Below, piece after piece: positions 1 to 9,867 of a DNA stretch of 64,000 bases. Origin of the DNA: a virus. Location: IMG/VR virus record IMGVR_UViG_3300010938_000012, positions 1-64,000 of that record. One strand, 5' to 3'. Below the pieces are notes generated by a model. The model was given only the letters and a program-made list of their open reading frames with translations, ran no database searches and was not told the DNA's origin. The position numbers and the translations under genes were made by a program. Position 1 is the first letter of the stretch, and each line of letters starts with the position of its first letter.

Positions 1-163
1 GTTTGACCCAACCAGCGAACAAAGATACGCAGATGAAAAAGGAATCGCCCTCCCAGATGGGTATGTTGCACACTCTGCACGGGCTGATGCACAACTAACC
101 AGACTGGTTTGGCTATCCCTTAACCAATGACCAAACGCAACCCGGCTGACTCGCCTGTTCTAC

Positions 164-1801
164 TTAACTGTGGGACAGGTTTTTTTGTGCAATCTCCCAA
201 CCTTCATCTAAATATTTTTGGGCTTCTGAATCTTTTACAGTAACAGTGATTTCCTCATACTCTTGTACGGTTTGCGAAAGGTGAATATCTCCGAGCATCA
301 CTATATCGAACCCGTCGAACACTGATGGGTGTACACCATGTTGAATAGTTATGAGGTCTGTCCTCGAACCTATTAAAGGGCCATGATGCAGCGCTATTTT
401 AAACTCACCTTCAATGTCTTTTGCATAGACCCACTTATCTGGGCTATCAGTTATTCCAAAATGAGAAAAGACAGTTCCATTTAGTTCGTAAACTCCACTT
501 GCTTTCCAATAGTGAAGATTTGGATGGTTCATAGCATCTACAACAGGAGTTAAAGCATCTAACCTGTTTTGGTTAGATATGTTACAGTTCCCGGAAATGA
601 ATATAGTATCACTATTCCTTATGAGCAAGTTACTATTGGGGACTTCAAGACAATAAACATAGTCATCGAATGGCACACTTTGGACTGTACTAATACTTGA
701 TGTATTTACTCTATTATTCAAATTTACATAAAGTACTAATTGTTTTTTTCCCGATTTATACCCACTTCTAAGATGCTCTGATTCTGAATAAACTGCTTTA
801 CCTCCACACAAATGCACAATAGTCTGTAACATTTTAACAGAAAATTGCGAAACTCCCACACATCTATACCCTCCACTACTATTCTTAGAACCACCACCAT
901 TTAAATACCCTATCAAAAAATTATTTAGAAAATAAAAATCATGTGTTAATATACTATTAGGAATTTCCTTAACTCCACTAAAAAATTCGTATATTCTTTT
1001 TGCTAACTGTCCATAGATGCAAATCGTTGTAACTCCGCTGTAAACCTTTACATTATACTCATAGTTTAAGTCTGTTAGTAAATTACACAGGTAAGTTATC
1101 TTTCTTTCTTTTTTAAACCTATATTGAATCCTTACTGTGCCAGTTTTAGCATTCTTTAAGACAAAAGTAGCATCAGCAAAACTAAACCCCAATAAAGCAG
1201 CAAAAGAGTCAACACTGTTTTTAGATATTACCCCATTCAAAGGTATCTTTGCTTTTTTTGGTAATATTAAAGCACTTTTTTTATAATATTTGTTAGGTTC
1301 ATTAAATTTATAAAGCATTTGGTGTGTGGGGGTTACTAACATATCAACATATTTCCCTTTGATGTGTATCATATCCCCTAAATACTTTCTTTTGATGTAG
1401 GATATAGGTTTTTGAAACTCCACTCTGCCTGTAGTTTCATTAAAGGTGGCTACTTCAAAATCATAGTTTTCATCAACAAAGTACTTCAAACTAACCCATC
1501 CGGCTTTCGTTAAAACTTCGTGGAAACCCTCAAAGCAATCATGGTTTCCGGGGATTATAACTGTTGTACAAGTATCAGCACAGTCCTTTAAGAACCTCGA
1601 AACTACTTGGAAAAGTTCTGGGGACATCTCTGTTTTAGAGTGCACAACGTCACCTCCTATGAATATTACCGAATTTTCGTCTTTGTGTTTTTGTACATAG
1701 AGTATAAAATTTCTAAGTACACTGTTAAATTCTTTGTGCCTTTGGTATAGCCGGAAGTGGATGTCACTAATGTGAAAGATTTGCGAAATTCTTGAACCCA
1801 T
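164..1801 (-). CDS. Mre11/SbcD (T4 gp47-like) metallophosphoesterase, intein-containing; C-terminal part apparently missing or split off
   Basis: Motifs DIH, GGDVVH, GNHD, HHG and MLGDIH. No YxGS motif follows before the stop. Confidence 0.85.
   Translation of the reverse strand: MGSRISQIFHISDIHFRLYQRHKEFNSVLRNFILYVQKHKDENSVIFIGGDVVHSKTEMSPELFQVVSRFLKDCADTCTTVIIPGNHDCFEGFHEVLTKAGWVSLKYFVDENYDFEVATFNETTGRVEFQKPISYIKRKYLGDMIHIKGKYVDMLVTPTHQMLYKFNEPNKYYKKSALILPKKAKIPLNGVISKNSVDSFAALLGFSFADATFVLKNAKTGTVRIQYRFKKERKITYLCNLLTDLNYEYNVKVYSGVTTICIYGQLAKRIYEFFSGVKEIPNSILTHDFYFLNNFLIGYLNGGGSKNSSGGYRCVGVSQFSVKMLQTIVHLCGGKAVYSESEHLRSGYKSGKKQLVLYVNLNNRVNTSSISTVQSVPFDDYVYCLEVPNSNLLIRNSDTIFISGNCNISNQNRLDALTPVVDAMNHPNLHYWKASGVYELNGTVFSHFGITDSPDKWVYAKDIEGEFKIALHHGPLIGSRTDLITIQHGVHPSVFDGFDIVMLGDIHLSQTVQEYEEITVTVKDSEAQKYLDEGWEIAQKNLSHS
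587..1537 (-). mobile_element. Intein (317 aa) with a LAGLIDADG-type endonuclease domain
   Basis: Starts CFEGFHEVLT directly after GNHD. Block B reads VTPTHQM. Ends VYCLEVP...ISGN followed by Cys+1. Internal motifs LLGFSFADA and FLIGYLNGGG. Confidence 0.9.
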
Positions 1802-2774
1802 TTTTATCTTTTTGAAAGATTATTTTGTAAGTGTATTTGTTTTGATTGCAGTAGTTTTCTCCCGCAATTATTTTTGCATTTAATTTGTCAACATCCTCTT
1901 CATACCCTTTAAGTTCTATTAACAATATTATGCCATCAACAAGGTTTATCAGGAAGTCAGGCCAATACTCGTGAACAACTCCATTAAACTCGTATTTTAT
2001 GAATATTTTATGTCTCTTAGTCCAAAATATCACATTCTCTTGTTTATCTAAAAACTTCATAAACCTAAGTTCGTAACCATAATGGTGGTACTCATTATCC
2101 TCTATATACTTGTTGAAATAGTTACCAACTTTAAACCTTTTATGGCTTTTGACACAGTCTGGATTTTCTTTTACATAGTTTGCTAATCTATTTTTATACT
2201 CTTCTGTGCTACATATAGGATTTAAACTTCTCGTATGTAAAATCTTAGCGATAGTTTCTTCCTTTGTAGTATCCTTTAGAGTCCAGTGGTTTTCTTTCAT
2301 TTTATTTTTTGTTTTGGCACTCTTAGGCTTTTTTGCCCTCTCGGATAATGCGTCCTTAAACTCTTGTGTATACTTTCCTTTTGGCATTTTGTAACTCTTG
2401 CCGTTTTTGTGCATATTTTCAAACTGCTTCTTACCATTTGAAGACAGTTCATCCTTTAGGTTGGGATTGTTTACATATTTAAACAGTTGGCCGCACTCAT
2501 AACTGCAACTTTTTTGAGTTTTGTATTTGCTTTCAAACGTACTATTACACACAGGACATACCCTACAATACATTGTTATACCCGTTCTTCTGTTTAACCT
2601 TGACTCTTTCTTTGCACACCCACAACTTTTTCTCCTTTTCAACTGTCCTGCTGTCTCGTAGACAATATTCCCACAATCACACAAACACTTCCACTTTTTG
2701 ATGTCATTAACGTATTCAACTTCTATGGTAGTTAATTTACCGAATCTAAGTCCTTCCGAAATTACTTCTTTCAT
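1767..2774 (-). CDS. Free-standing endonuclease: Zn-finger repeats plus a TnsA-like PD-(D/E)XK domain
   Basis: FGKLT..WKCLCDCG, CPVC..CSYECG, and C-terminal YELRFMKFLD..YWPDF..IELKG. Confidence 0.7.
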   Translation of the reverse strand: MKEVISEGLRFGKLTTIEVEYVNDIKKWKCLCDCGNIVYETAGQLKRRKSCGCAKKESRLNRRTGITMYCRVCPVCNSTFESKYKTQKSCSYECGQLFKYVNNPNLKDELSSNGKKQFENMHKNGKSYKMPKGKYTQEFKDALSERAKKPKSAKTKNKMKENHWTLKDTTKEETIAKILHTRSLNPICSTEEYKNRLANYVKENPDCVKSHKRFKVGNYFNKYIEDNEYHHYGYELRFMKFLDKQENVIFWTKRHKIFIKYEFNGVVHEYWPDFLINLVDGIILLIELKGYEEDVDKLNAKIIAGENYCNQNKYTYKIIFQKDKNGFKNFANLSH

Positions 2775-2777
2775 ACG

Positions 2778-3185
2778 TTAATAATCTATTACTTTATATA
2801 TTAAATTATGTTTCTTTGCGTTGTCTATCATATTCTTTGAACCTGACGATTTTCCGTCCCAAAAAACTATGCAGTGGCTTGCTATTTTTGCCATCTCTTC
2901 GCTTCTAAGTGTCCCTGCTGCCGAGTTATATGGCTTTCCTTGTTTGTTATACTTTATCCAAACTTGAGGACAATCTAAGTTATCCCAGTCTGCTAGCATT
3001 TCTACCACTGGAAAATCCCATTCATGGGCGAACCTTTCTCCGAGGGTATCTGCGCCACTGGCTTTACCTGATATTATGGCTATTTGTCCGGGTTGACCAT
3101 CGTTTTCGAGGATAAACTTCATTACCTCTTCCTTTAAGAGGTCGTAGTCATTAAATTCCCTGCCCCCCGCTATTATTAGTTTCAT
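2778..3185 (-). CDS. SLOG/DUF2493 (YspA-like) protein
   Basis: MKLIIAGGREFNDY, ISGKASGADTLGE, FWDGKSSGSKNMI. Confidence 0.85.
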   Translation of the reverse strand: MKLIIAGGREFNDYDLLKEEVMKFILENDGQPGQIAIISGKASGADTLGERFAHEWDFPVVEMLADWDNLDCPQVWIKYNKQGKPYNSAAGTLRSEEMAKIASHCIVFWDGKSSGSKNMIDNAKKHNLIYKVIDY

Positions 3186-3348
3186 GTCTGTAAAAGATTA
3201 AAAGCAACAATACGAATATTGAGTATGAATAAAAGTTTGGAGGCAAGTAACCCCCTGAAAATAGCATTATAATACCAAGAAGTGCTGCTGTTACTAATCC
3301 AGCCGAAAAAGCAAGGGAAAAGTAAAACATCAGAGAGTTTTGTCTCAT
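3151..3348 (-). CDS. Small membrane protein
   Basis: ATG immediately follows the upstream stop; two hydrophobic segments. Confidence 0.45.
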   Translation of the reverse strand: MRQNSLMFYFSLAFSAGLVTAALLGIIMLFSGGYLPPNFYSYSIFVLLLLIFYRHETNNSGGQGI

Positions 3349-3600
3349 TTAAAATGGTTTGTAGTTGTTTATATGTAATGGGTCTGGGTTTAGCAACATC
3401 AAGTCGCAAACCTTAGCCCGGATTATTTTTTTCGTTTTATGTGTCTTCAAAAAACAATGAATCCCATCTGTATCAAAGCACTCAAGTACCCAAACACAAC
3501 CAGCATTAGCCCAAGATAGATGATACTTGTTCCCTATCGTAGGCTTTGTGATTTTTTCAAACTTGTCTCCGAGATTTTTGATTTTAATCAGTTGTCGCAA
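3349..3600 (-). CDS. Hypothetical protein
   Basis: ORF fits the operon packing. Confidence 0.55.
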   Translation of the reverse strand: MRQLIKIKNLGDKFEKITKPTIGNKYHLSWANAGCVWVLECFDTDGIHCFLKTHKTKKIIRAKVCDLMLLNPDPLHINNYKPF

Positions 3601-3806
3601 ATGTCTTTTGTGAGTAGTTTGGAAATGTTTGAGTTTCCAGAACTCGAACCTTGGTGCGTTGCGTCAGTTTTTCCCTTTACTGCCGCTTTTCCAGTTTTAA
3701 CGTTTAAACCCCTTTCATACCCGATACAGTGAGGACATCGCCAAACAATCCAATCTCCGTCACGGTGACTGGTGCAACGGTGTGATTTTCCGTTGATGGG
3801 TGTTAT
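3588..3806 (-). CDS. Small Cys/His (Zn-ribbon-like) protein with a probable ATA start; absent from the ORF track
   Basis: 72-codon frame ITPINGKSHRCTSHRDGDWIVWRCPHCIG...DN* fills the gap and overlaps the primase stop. Confidence 0.45.
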   Translation of the reverse strand: MTPINGKSHRCTSHRDGDWIVWRCPHCIGYERGLNVKTGKAAVKGKTDATHQGSSSGNSNISKLLTKDICDN

Positions 3807-4759
3807 TTACACAACCTGCTCAATATGTTGAATTTGAAACTATCTGTTTCGGTTACCTTCTTTGCAGAATTTATGTGCTCCCATACCCTGTTGTGTCCGA
3901 GGCTGGTCGGGTCGTGGTACACGGGACGCCCTTCTTTTTTTGTCGCCCCCTCATCTAAAGGAAATTCTGTAATGAAAACCTCTATGCCGTGTTCTGCAAA
4001 CCATTTACTATATTTCATTATCTCTTTTACAGCATCACCGTCAAGACATAGGTAGATTACACTTACATTTTCGTCAAGTATCTTGTTAAAGAGCGACTTG
4101 CTTATCTGCTTGCCGTTCAACGGTACAGCGTTTCTCCTCACAACAATTGCATCCAGCCTTGACTCGACAAGCACAATAGGTTCAGACCAGTTAACCAACC
4201 CTTCGTCGTACACATGGTCTTTATCTACGCCTGTCGGCGCGGAGAAGGCGAACATTGGATTTTTAAGGTAACTTCTGGCCGTGAAATACACCAACGAACC
4301 GTTAACGTCATAAAACGGAAAAATTACCATGTCACGGTACTTCCCGGTCTCACAGTAGCCTATTCGATACTTGTAAAAGTCGAGGTCTGTCAAACCCCTT
4401 CCAAGCAGGTAATTTTTAGCCTTATCATAAAACAATCCTGCCCCCCCCTTCCAAAGAGGCTTATACTCTGGTGGAAGCGATAGGGCTGTTTTAGCGGACT
4501 GAAACTTTGAACTTGATTCCACGAACAGAGACTTGGCCTTAGATATGGCCGTGTTGGGGGCAGACAGTTTGTTTAGCAACACTGTGACCTTGCTCCCGTT
4601 TACCCCACAGACCCAACACTTCCATTTCCCGGTGCCAATGCTGACTCCGAGTTTTGGTTTGTGGTGATTGCAGAACGGACATTGAAATTGGTAATAGTCC
4701 CTGTTCGCTTTATGGCCTTGGCCAAGAAGCGACTCAAGTAGGATTAGTTTTTCGGGCAT
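3803..4759 (-). CDS. DNA primase (Zn finger + Toprim)
   Basis: CPFCNHH..CWVC Zn finger, YLLGRGL, YFTARS, LVESRLDA, LCLDGDA. Confidence 0.9.
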   Translation of the reverse strand: MPEKLILLESLLGQGHKANRDYYQFQCPFCNHHKPKLGVSIGTGKWKCWVCGVNGSKVTVLLNKLSAPNTAISKAKSLFVESSSKFQSAKTALSLPPEYKPLWKGGAGLFYDKAKNYLLGRGLTDLDFYKYRIGYCETGKYRDMVIFPFYDVNGSLVYFTARSYLKNPMFAFSAPTGVDKDHVYDEGLVNWSEPIVLVESRLDAIVVRRNAVPLNGKQISKSLFNKILDENVSVIYLCLDGDAVKEIMKYSKWFAEHGIEVFITEFPLDEGATKKEGRPVYHDPTSLGHNRVWEHINSAKKVTETDSFKFNILSRLCK

Positions 4760-4775
4760 GAAACGTCTTTTACCG

Positions 4776-4806
4776 CAAAAGTATAAACCTTCTGTTAAAA
4801 AACCAA
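4776..4806 (-). promoter_or_regulatory. Bacteroidota-type housekeeping promoter
   Basis: TTG-N20-TACTTTTG just upstream of the primase ATG. Confidence 0.7.
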
Positions 4807-4941
4807 GCCATTAACAAATCTTTTGCAATCCCATAAGAATTTGTTCTCGACTCCCACACTCAATCAAAAAAACTTTCATATAACTTTAAACTGTCTAAAT
4901 CATGCCCCTTTCAAAAAATCACCTAAAATCACAGTAATATC

Positions 4942-5403
4942 CTATTTTAACATTGATATAATTAATTCTTTAAACTCGCTTGTAATTTTTACATTTCTAA
5001 ACTGGCCACTACCAATGGAATTGTTGTAGTAAGTGTCATCTGTTAGGACATCACATTTTATTTGATATATTATTTCGCACAGATTTGTCTGTCCCTTTGT
5101 TGGACAAAAGCAAATTATCTCAAATTCAAAGTTCTCCTTCCCAAACCTTTTAATGTCCTCAAGCAGCGGTTTACAACTGCCCATGTAATCGCGCCAGTTG
5201 CTCTCTGCGCGACTTTTTTTCTTTTGAGTCTTCTTTATCCCACTCTTCAGCGTTACGCGCTTGGTGGTCGTTTTAGCGGATGTTAGGTACTTCCTTCCGA
5301 TATATCTTTTTCCGTCCAGTTTTGAAGTTATTTTGTAGACAAACCCGAACGAACCTTCCGGTATCTCGAAGTCGTCAACCCCTTTGTAAGTCCAATTACT
5401 CAT
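4942..5403 (-). CDS. GIY-YIG family nuclease
   Basis: GFVYKIT..KRYIGRK, YMGS, FEFEII, YYN. Confidence 0.8.
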   Translation of the reverse strand: MSNWTYKGVDDFEIPEGSFGFVYKITSKLDGKRYIGRKYLTSAKTTTKRVTLKSGIKKTQKKKSRAESNWRDYMGSCKPLLEDIKRFGKENFEFEIICFCPTKGQTNLCEIIYQIKCDVLTDDTYYNNSIGSGQFRNVKITSEFKELIISMLK

Positions 5404-5426
5404 TGTTGCTTTTTTGGTGTTTAATT

Positions 5427-5978
5427 TTATTCTGGCAGCGCTATTCCCGCAAACCCTGTCAATACCCTTCTAACGTGTAGAGGGTATTTGTAAACTGTAA
5501 ATGTTCCGGGGATGTTGTCAAGCACGACCCCCCTATGCGATGCTTCTTTAGTTGGGGAAGATAATGCCCTTGCGTCGAGGGAAGCCAACAGGTTGTGCGT
5601 GTCTGTGCCCCAAATACTGCCACCCCCTTTGAATAAAACTTGTTCAGGTGTTTTTGACACGGGGGTGAGTATTGTGTTTGTAAACTTTTGATTGACCCAC
5701 ACAAAATTTCCATTCAAATCTGTGTGCCACATAGCAAACGGTATATCTTCGGTAGAGCCTTCTAAGATTTTTACACGATTTTCAAGTTCTTTGTTCTCTT
5801 TCTCAAGGTCATCTATCTTTTTGTACAACCTTTGTATTTCTTCGTTCAATCTCTGGTTTATTGTGTCGAAGTCTGTCCTCTTCTCTTTTTTTACGTTTGT
5901 GTAATAATCAAGTACTTTAAAGACAGCTCCACCGCCCAATGCAGTTGCTCCATACTCAAGCATAGTTTGTATATCCAA
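5427..5978 (-). CDS. Holin-like N-terminus + coiled coil + PAS-like domain
   Basis: ATALGGGAVF hydrophobic segment, heptad repeats, then PFAMWHTDLNGNFVWVN...KYP..GFAGIA. SD GGAGG upstream. Confidence 0.6.
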   Translation of the reverse strand: MDIQTMLEYGATALGGGAVFKVLDYYTNVKKEKRTDFDTINQRLNEEIQRLYKKIDDLEKENKELENRVKILEGSTEDIPFAMWHTDLNGNFVWVNQKFTNTILTPVSKTPEQVLFKGGGSIWGTDTHNLLASLDARALSSPTKEASHRGVVLDNIPGTFTVYKYPLHVRRVLTGFAGIALPE

Positions 5979-6013
5979 AACCTTCCTCCTTTTAACTTTT
6001 TTACAAAGTCTTG

Positions 6014-6022
6014 TATAAATAT
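6014..6022 (-). promoter_or_regulatory. Putative late promoter ATATTTAT
   Basis: The same motif recurs upstream of late genes at 18997, 30079 and 39996, with a variant at 17123. Confidence 0.5.
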
Positions 6023-6099
6023 GTTAAAAAGAAGCCACTGCTCAACAATTTTAAATAAACAAACAAGTTAAAACATTGTTCACAATTAAGCATCCCATT

Positions 6100-6885
6100 T
6101 TACAGATATATAAATCTGCCCTTTTCTAATCTTGTTCTTATGTAAGTTATACTTTTTTTAAAATGAGTTGCTGCAACTTTTATAGACTCAAAAACTTCAC
6201 CAGTTTCTAAGTTTTTAATTTTTCTACTCCTTGCTTTACTTATTTTAAGTCTTGCTTCTTCTGAGTGTGTTTTTCCAAATAAAGGATGATTTATACCGGA
6301 TGTTAATCCCTTTCTATTTTTACTCATTTTTAAAATCGACTCTTCTTTATGATTCTTTCCAAACATTCCATTGTCAATACCTGTATTTGCTTTTGATATT
6401 TTTTGTTTAGTTGACTCTGACACTTCTTTTCCGTACATCGGATTTTTACTACCAATATTACTGCCTTTTCTAAGGTCGCTCATTTTTAATTTAGTTTTTT
6501 CGCTATGTTTATTGGTTCCATTTTTTATTTTTGTGGTTTTCATTTTATCAATAGATTCTGGTGTGAAAACTCTGCCTTTCATTGCTTTAGATAGTTTTTC
6601 TCTTAAATCAACAGGAGAATCTAACCACCTTTTTATATGATTTGCGGCATATATATTTCGTTTATATTCTATCGTGTTTTCTGAAAAACATTCAGCCAAT
6701 ATCAAATGAGCATCAAAATGGTCTTGATATGATAGTAGTATTATATTTTCTGCTTCATTACTTCCGCCCATGAATTTTGGTATTATATGGTGTCTGTGAG
6801 TATTAATGTTTGAATAATCTTTTAATGAGCATTCAGTCATAAAGCGACTATACTTTGTTATGTTAAATTCTTTGTATGTAATCAT
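6100..6885 (-). CDS. HNH homing endonuclease with NUMOD3 repeats
   Basis: HRHHIIPKFMGGSN..H..AH; repeated HSEETKxKMS / NPMYGK units. Confidence 0.85.
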   Translation of the reverse strand: MITYKEFNITKYSRFMTECSLKDYSNINTHRHHIIPKFMGGSNEAENIILLSYQDHFDAHLILAECFSENTIEYKRNIYAANHIKRWLDSPVDLREKLSKAMKGRVFTPESIDKMKTTKIKNGTNKHSEKTKLKMSDLRKGSNIGSKNPMYGKEVSESTKQKISKANTGIDNGMFGKNHKEESILKMSKNRKGLTSGINHPLFGKTHSEEARLKISKARSRKIKNLETGEVFESIKVAATHFKKSITYIRTRLEKGRFIYL

Positions 6886-6891
6886 GGTTAG

Positions 6892-8568
6892 TCAAGAGTC
6901 AAATTTTACTGTTATTGAAATATCCACGTCATCGCGCATTTGCAAAGGTTGACTCAATTTTGCTATGGCAACAAGTTCTCTCTTTTCGTTGTACAGCCCT
7001 ATCGCGGTCGCATAGGGAAATAGAGCGCCTTCGGCAAGGGAGCCTGTCATTTGGTCAATGATAAGGTCCGTGTACGGGTTTTTCAATGTGCTTGGGTTTT
7101 GAGACAGGTTAAAACTTCCGGCCGGTATCCTAACCAAACACTCATACGAGTAGATGACGTGTGTTGACCTAAATCTCAACGTCCAATCGCTCTCCATTAA
7201 ATCGCTGTAAGTTTTTGATGGAGAAGTCAGCACAATGTTGCCTGATTTATAGAACACGTTCCCAACTACGGCTGTCTGATACATGCCCATAGAAGAAGAG
7301 TCCGCCAAAGTTGTTACAGTAGACGGGGAAAGGCCTTTGTTGTATATCCTTATCTCGTCTAAGTGTCCAAAATACGCAGCGGTCTGGTCGAAATCGTCAG
7401 AGCCAAAAATCAGAGAGTGCTTATTGACCGGGTGCCCCTTTACCTCTTGTCCGCTCTGTACCGCAGCGCCGTCCTGATACATAGTAATCATAGAACCTGA
7501 CTTTACCGTGGCATAATGATGCCACCTGCCGTCACCTAAGTCAACAGAGCCGGACAATGTGAGCGTATTTATGCCATCGCTTCTGCTAAATCTTAGTATA
7601 TTTGAAATACCCTGTACTTCAAACCTGTATGGATATACTGGCGTAGTTAGCGCCTCTGTTGAAGAAGATACGTGGTATTGCTGTTGAACCAAATCATTTT
7701 GGTTGTATTTGTCAAGCAATCCATATACTTGTTTCTTTATTACGGTGTTCTTTGAAATAACGGTAGCGCTGTCGTTTCCGTGAGGCTCGTACTTCAACCA
7801 AAATGATATTGTAAAGTCATCATCTTTTGTAAAGTTAAAGTCATCTCTGTTGTCGGTGACAATGCTGCCCCCTCCATCAAAATAGGCGCAGAAACCGCTT
7901 GACGTGTTGTTCAAGGGCACTCCCGTACTGATACGTAAGCCCCTCGCCACCGAAGGCTCGTCCGGGGAAAACGTGTTTGACTTATATGGTATGGCCCTTT
8001 TTTCAAAAACAGCCCCCTCAATACTCTTTGCGCCCCTGAAAGAGTCGTTAAAGCCCCAGTACGCGACAAGGTTATAGTTGTCCGAATAAGACCCCGTACT
8101 TAAACCGGTGTCATATATGTTTCCGTTCTTGTCGTCTGTAAGATAGTATCCAGAGGCCGTAAACTCTACCGAACCCGGCTTAATCGATTCTCCGTAGTCG
8201 AGATACGGAACAGATATGATGGAAGCGCTCACTCCAAGATATTTGTACGTAAATCTTGGATTGGCGTGTTCAAGTGTCCTATATTTGTCGTATGGAAACC
8301 TGTAATACTGCGAATCTATGCTACTCCATACCACAGCCTTGTAAGAGCCGTCGAATGAGTTAGTCTGGTAAAGCTTTTGTGAGTCAGTTCCGAGTTTTAG
8401 TTTCCCCGATGGGTATGTCGCGCTCAAGAGTTTGTACCCACTTCCTGTTTGTGGCATTGAACCTGAATAGAACTGCGACCTACGCCACAAAAACTTCTTG
8501 TGAACTTTCACAGGGGTTAGCGTGAAGTCCTGTGGGTAAACAGTGCTATAAACGTGCGGTATTGCCAT
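6892..8568 (-). CDS. Virion structural protein with a LamG/ConA-like domain
   Basis: LVAYWGFND, FTISFW, WHH, GHLDEIRIYNK; C-terminal IGLYN..ELVAIAKLSQP shared with paralogs. Confidence 0.75.
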   Translation of the reverse strand: MAIPHVYSTVYPQDFTLTPVKVHKKFLWRRSQFYSGSMPQTGSGYKLLSATYPSGKLKLGTDSQKLYQTNSFDGSYKAVVWSSIDSQYYRFPYDKYRTLEHANPRFTYKYLGVSASIISVPYLDYGESIKPGSVEFTASGYYLTDDKNGNIYDTGLSTGSYSDNYNLVAYWGFNDSFRGAKSIEGAVFEKRAIPYKSNTFSPDEPSVARGLRISTGVPLNNTSSGFCAYFDGGGSIVTDNRDDFNFTKDDDFTISFWLKYEPHGNDSATVISKNTVIKKQVYGLLDKYNQNDLVQQQYHVSSSTEALTTPVYPYRFEVQGISNILRFSRSDGINTLTLSGSVDLGDGRWHHYATVKSGSMITMYQDGAAVQSGQEVKGHPVNKHSLIFGSDDFDQTAAYFGHLDEIRIYNKGLSPSTVTTLADSSSMGMYQTAVVGNVFYKSGNIVLTSPSKTYSDLMESDWTLRFRSTHVIYSYECLVRIPAGSFNLSQNPSTLKNPYTDLIIDQMTGSLAEGALFPYATAIGLYNEKRELVAIAKLSQPLQMRDDVDISITVKFDS

Positions 8569-8571
8569 ACA

Positions 8572-9867
8572 TTATACTTCGGTCGATAATTCTCTTTCAA
8601 GGTCGGAAATACCGGCATCTATCTTTTTTCCTTTTGACTGGATATGTGGTATAAACTTCCCAAAGAAGTTAACAATTTTGCCCCAAACACCGCCCACCCC
8701 TTCTGTGGTGAAGGACACGCTCGCTTTGACTTTTCCTATTTTTTCAACGGCTTTGAGCTCTGCTAAAATCTTGGCCTTAACGTCTTGGTTTACCCATTCC
8801 ATTATTTTATCAATAACTTGTTCGTATTGGTAAGTTATTGGAGATGCCTGATGTCTGTTTATCTTCATCACAAGCCTTTCCAACTTCAATATCCTCGTCC
8901 CGTCTTTTTTCAACTCCTCTAAGAAATCCCACAACTGCTCTTTAAGGATTTCATCGGCCCTTCTTTGAATTGTGTCGAAATTAGTATTTTTCTTTATAGC
9001 CTCTATTTGTGCTTGGGCTGCTGCGAGTTGCTTTTGGAGTTCGCTTAGTTCCGTCAAGGCATCATTAATCTTTTTAGTGATCTTTGGGGCTTCGGTCAAG
9101 CTTGTCTTTTTCTTTTTAAACGACTCTTGTTTCGGCGCAAACTCTCTGACATAAGCCATATCGCCTATGACAACCACATGTCCGTCTTTTTGTAGATTTT
9201 CGAGCGCTGCTTCTACCATATTGCCGCCGCCTTGTGCTTGTAAAGTCCTCTTCAGCGCATCAACCTTTGCCCCCCTATACTTACAACCATATAGGTAGTT
9301 TATGACTGACGACCTTGTGTCGTCGCTGTCGTAATCGGAAAAATCCTCGCCAACCCTCTTAATCTCTTTCCTTATAAGCCTTTTTATCGTTTCTTCGAGT
9401 TTTATTGTCTTTTCCTTTCCAAGGTCAATTTCCTTTGGCTTTTCAGTATCCGGCGTTTTCTCCCTTTTATTTGGTTTTGGAGGAGTTGCTGCATCTGGAA
9501 GTTTGGTTAATTGGCCGTCCTTATCTCCAACAACAGTAAACCCTTTCATCATAGCAGCGTGTTTGGCAAGCTCTATGGTCTCGAACCCTACATTGGTAAT
9601 ACACTCTTCCTTATTGTTGTCGAGTTGTAAATATAACCAGTAGGTGCCGCCCTCTTTCTTTATTTTTACATCAATGCTCCTGTTGTCAACACCCTCTGAA
9701 ATACGCCTTTTCAGCACTTTCTTTATAGAATTTAATTCTCTCTTTGTTAGTTTCATGGTTGATTCCATTGTAGTTTGCTTGTCCCATGACTCGTTATCGT
9801 CTGGGTTCGTTCCATTTTGTGCGCAATATGACTTTGTTAGAACATTTACCACTGCACTGCTATCCAA
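8572..9867 (-). CDS. Hypothetical multi-module (probable internal head) protein; true start probably 10003 across an A8 frameshift
   Basis: The frame stays open upstream (KDYKLYLVKNGKIIEGFEY). The ATG at 10003 joins it if the A8 run is read as A7. Confidence 0.65.
   Translation of the reverse strand: MDSSAVVNVLTKSYCAQNGTNPDDNESWDKQTTMESTMKLTKRELNSIKKVLKRRISEGVDNRSIDVKIKKEGGTYWLYLQLDNNKEECITNVGFETIELAKHAAMMKGFTVVGDKDGQLTKLPDAATPPKPNKREKTPDTEKPKEIDLGKEKTIKLEETIKRLIRKEIKRVGEDFSDYDSDDTRSSVINYLYGCKYRGAKVDALKRTLQAQGGGNMVEAALENLQKDGHVVVIGDMAYVREFAPKQESFKKKKTSLTEAPKITKKINDALTELSELQKQLAAAQAQIEAIKKNTNFDTIQRRADEILKEQLWDFLEELKKDGTRILKLERLVMKINRHQASPITYQYEQVIDKIMEWVNQDVKAKILAELKAVEKIGKVKASVSFTTEGVGGVWGKIVNFFGKFIPHIQSKGKKIDAGISDLERELSTEV

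Noticed and set aside
2-130. Plus-strand partial ORF (FDPTSEQRY...LNQ*)
   Set aside because: Too short and truncated by the window edge to support.
3182-3409. 75-aa alternative ORF
   Set aside because: The overlapping frame 3151-3348 has a better-placed start and a coherent TM pattern.
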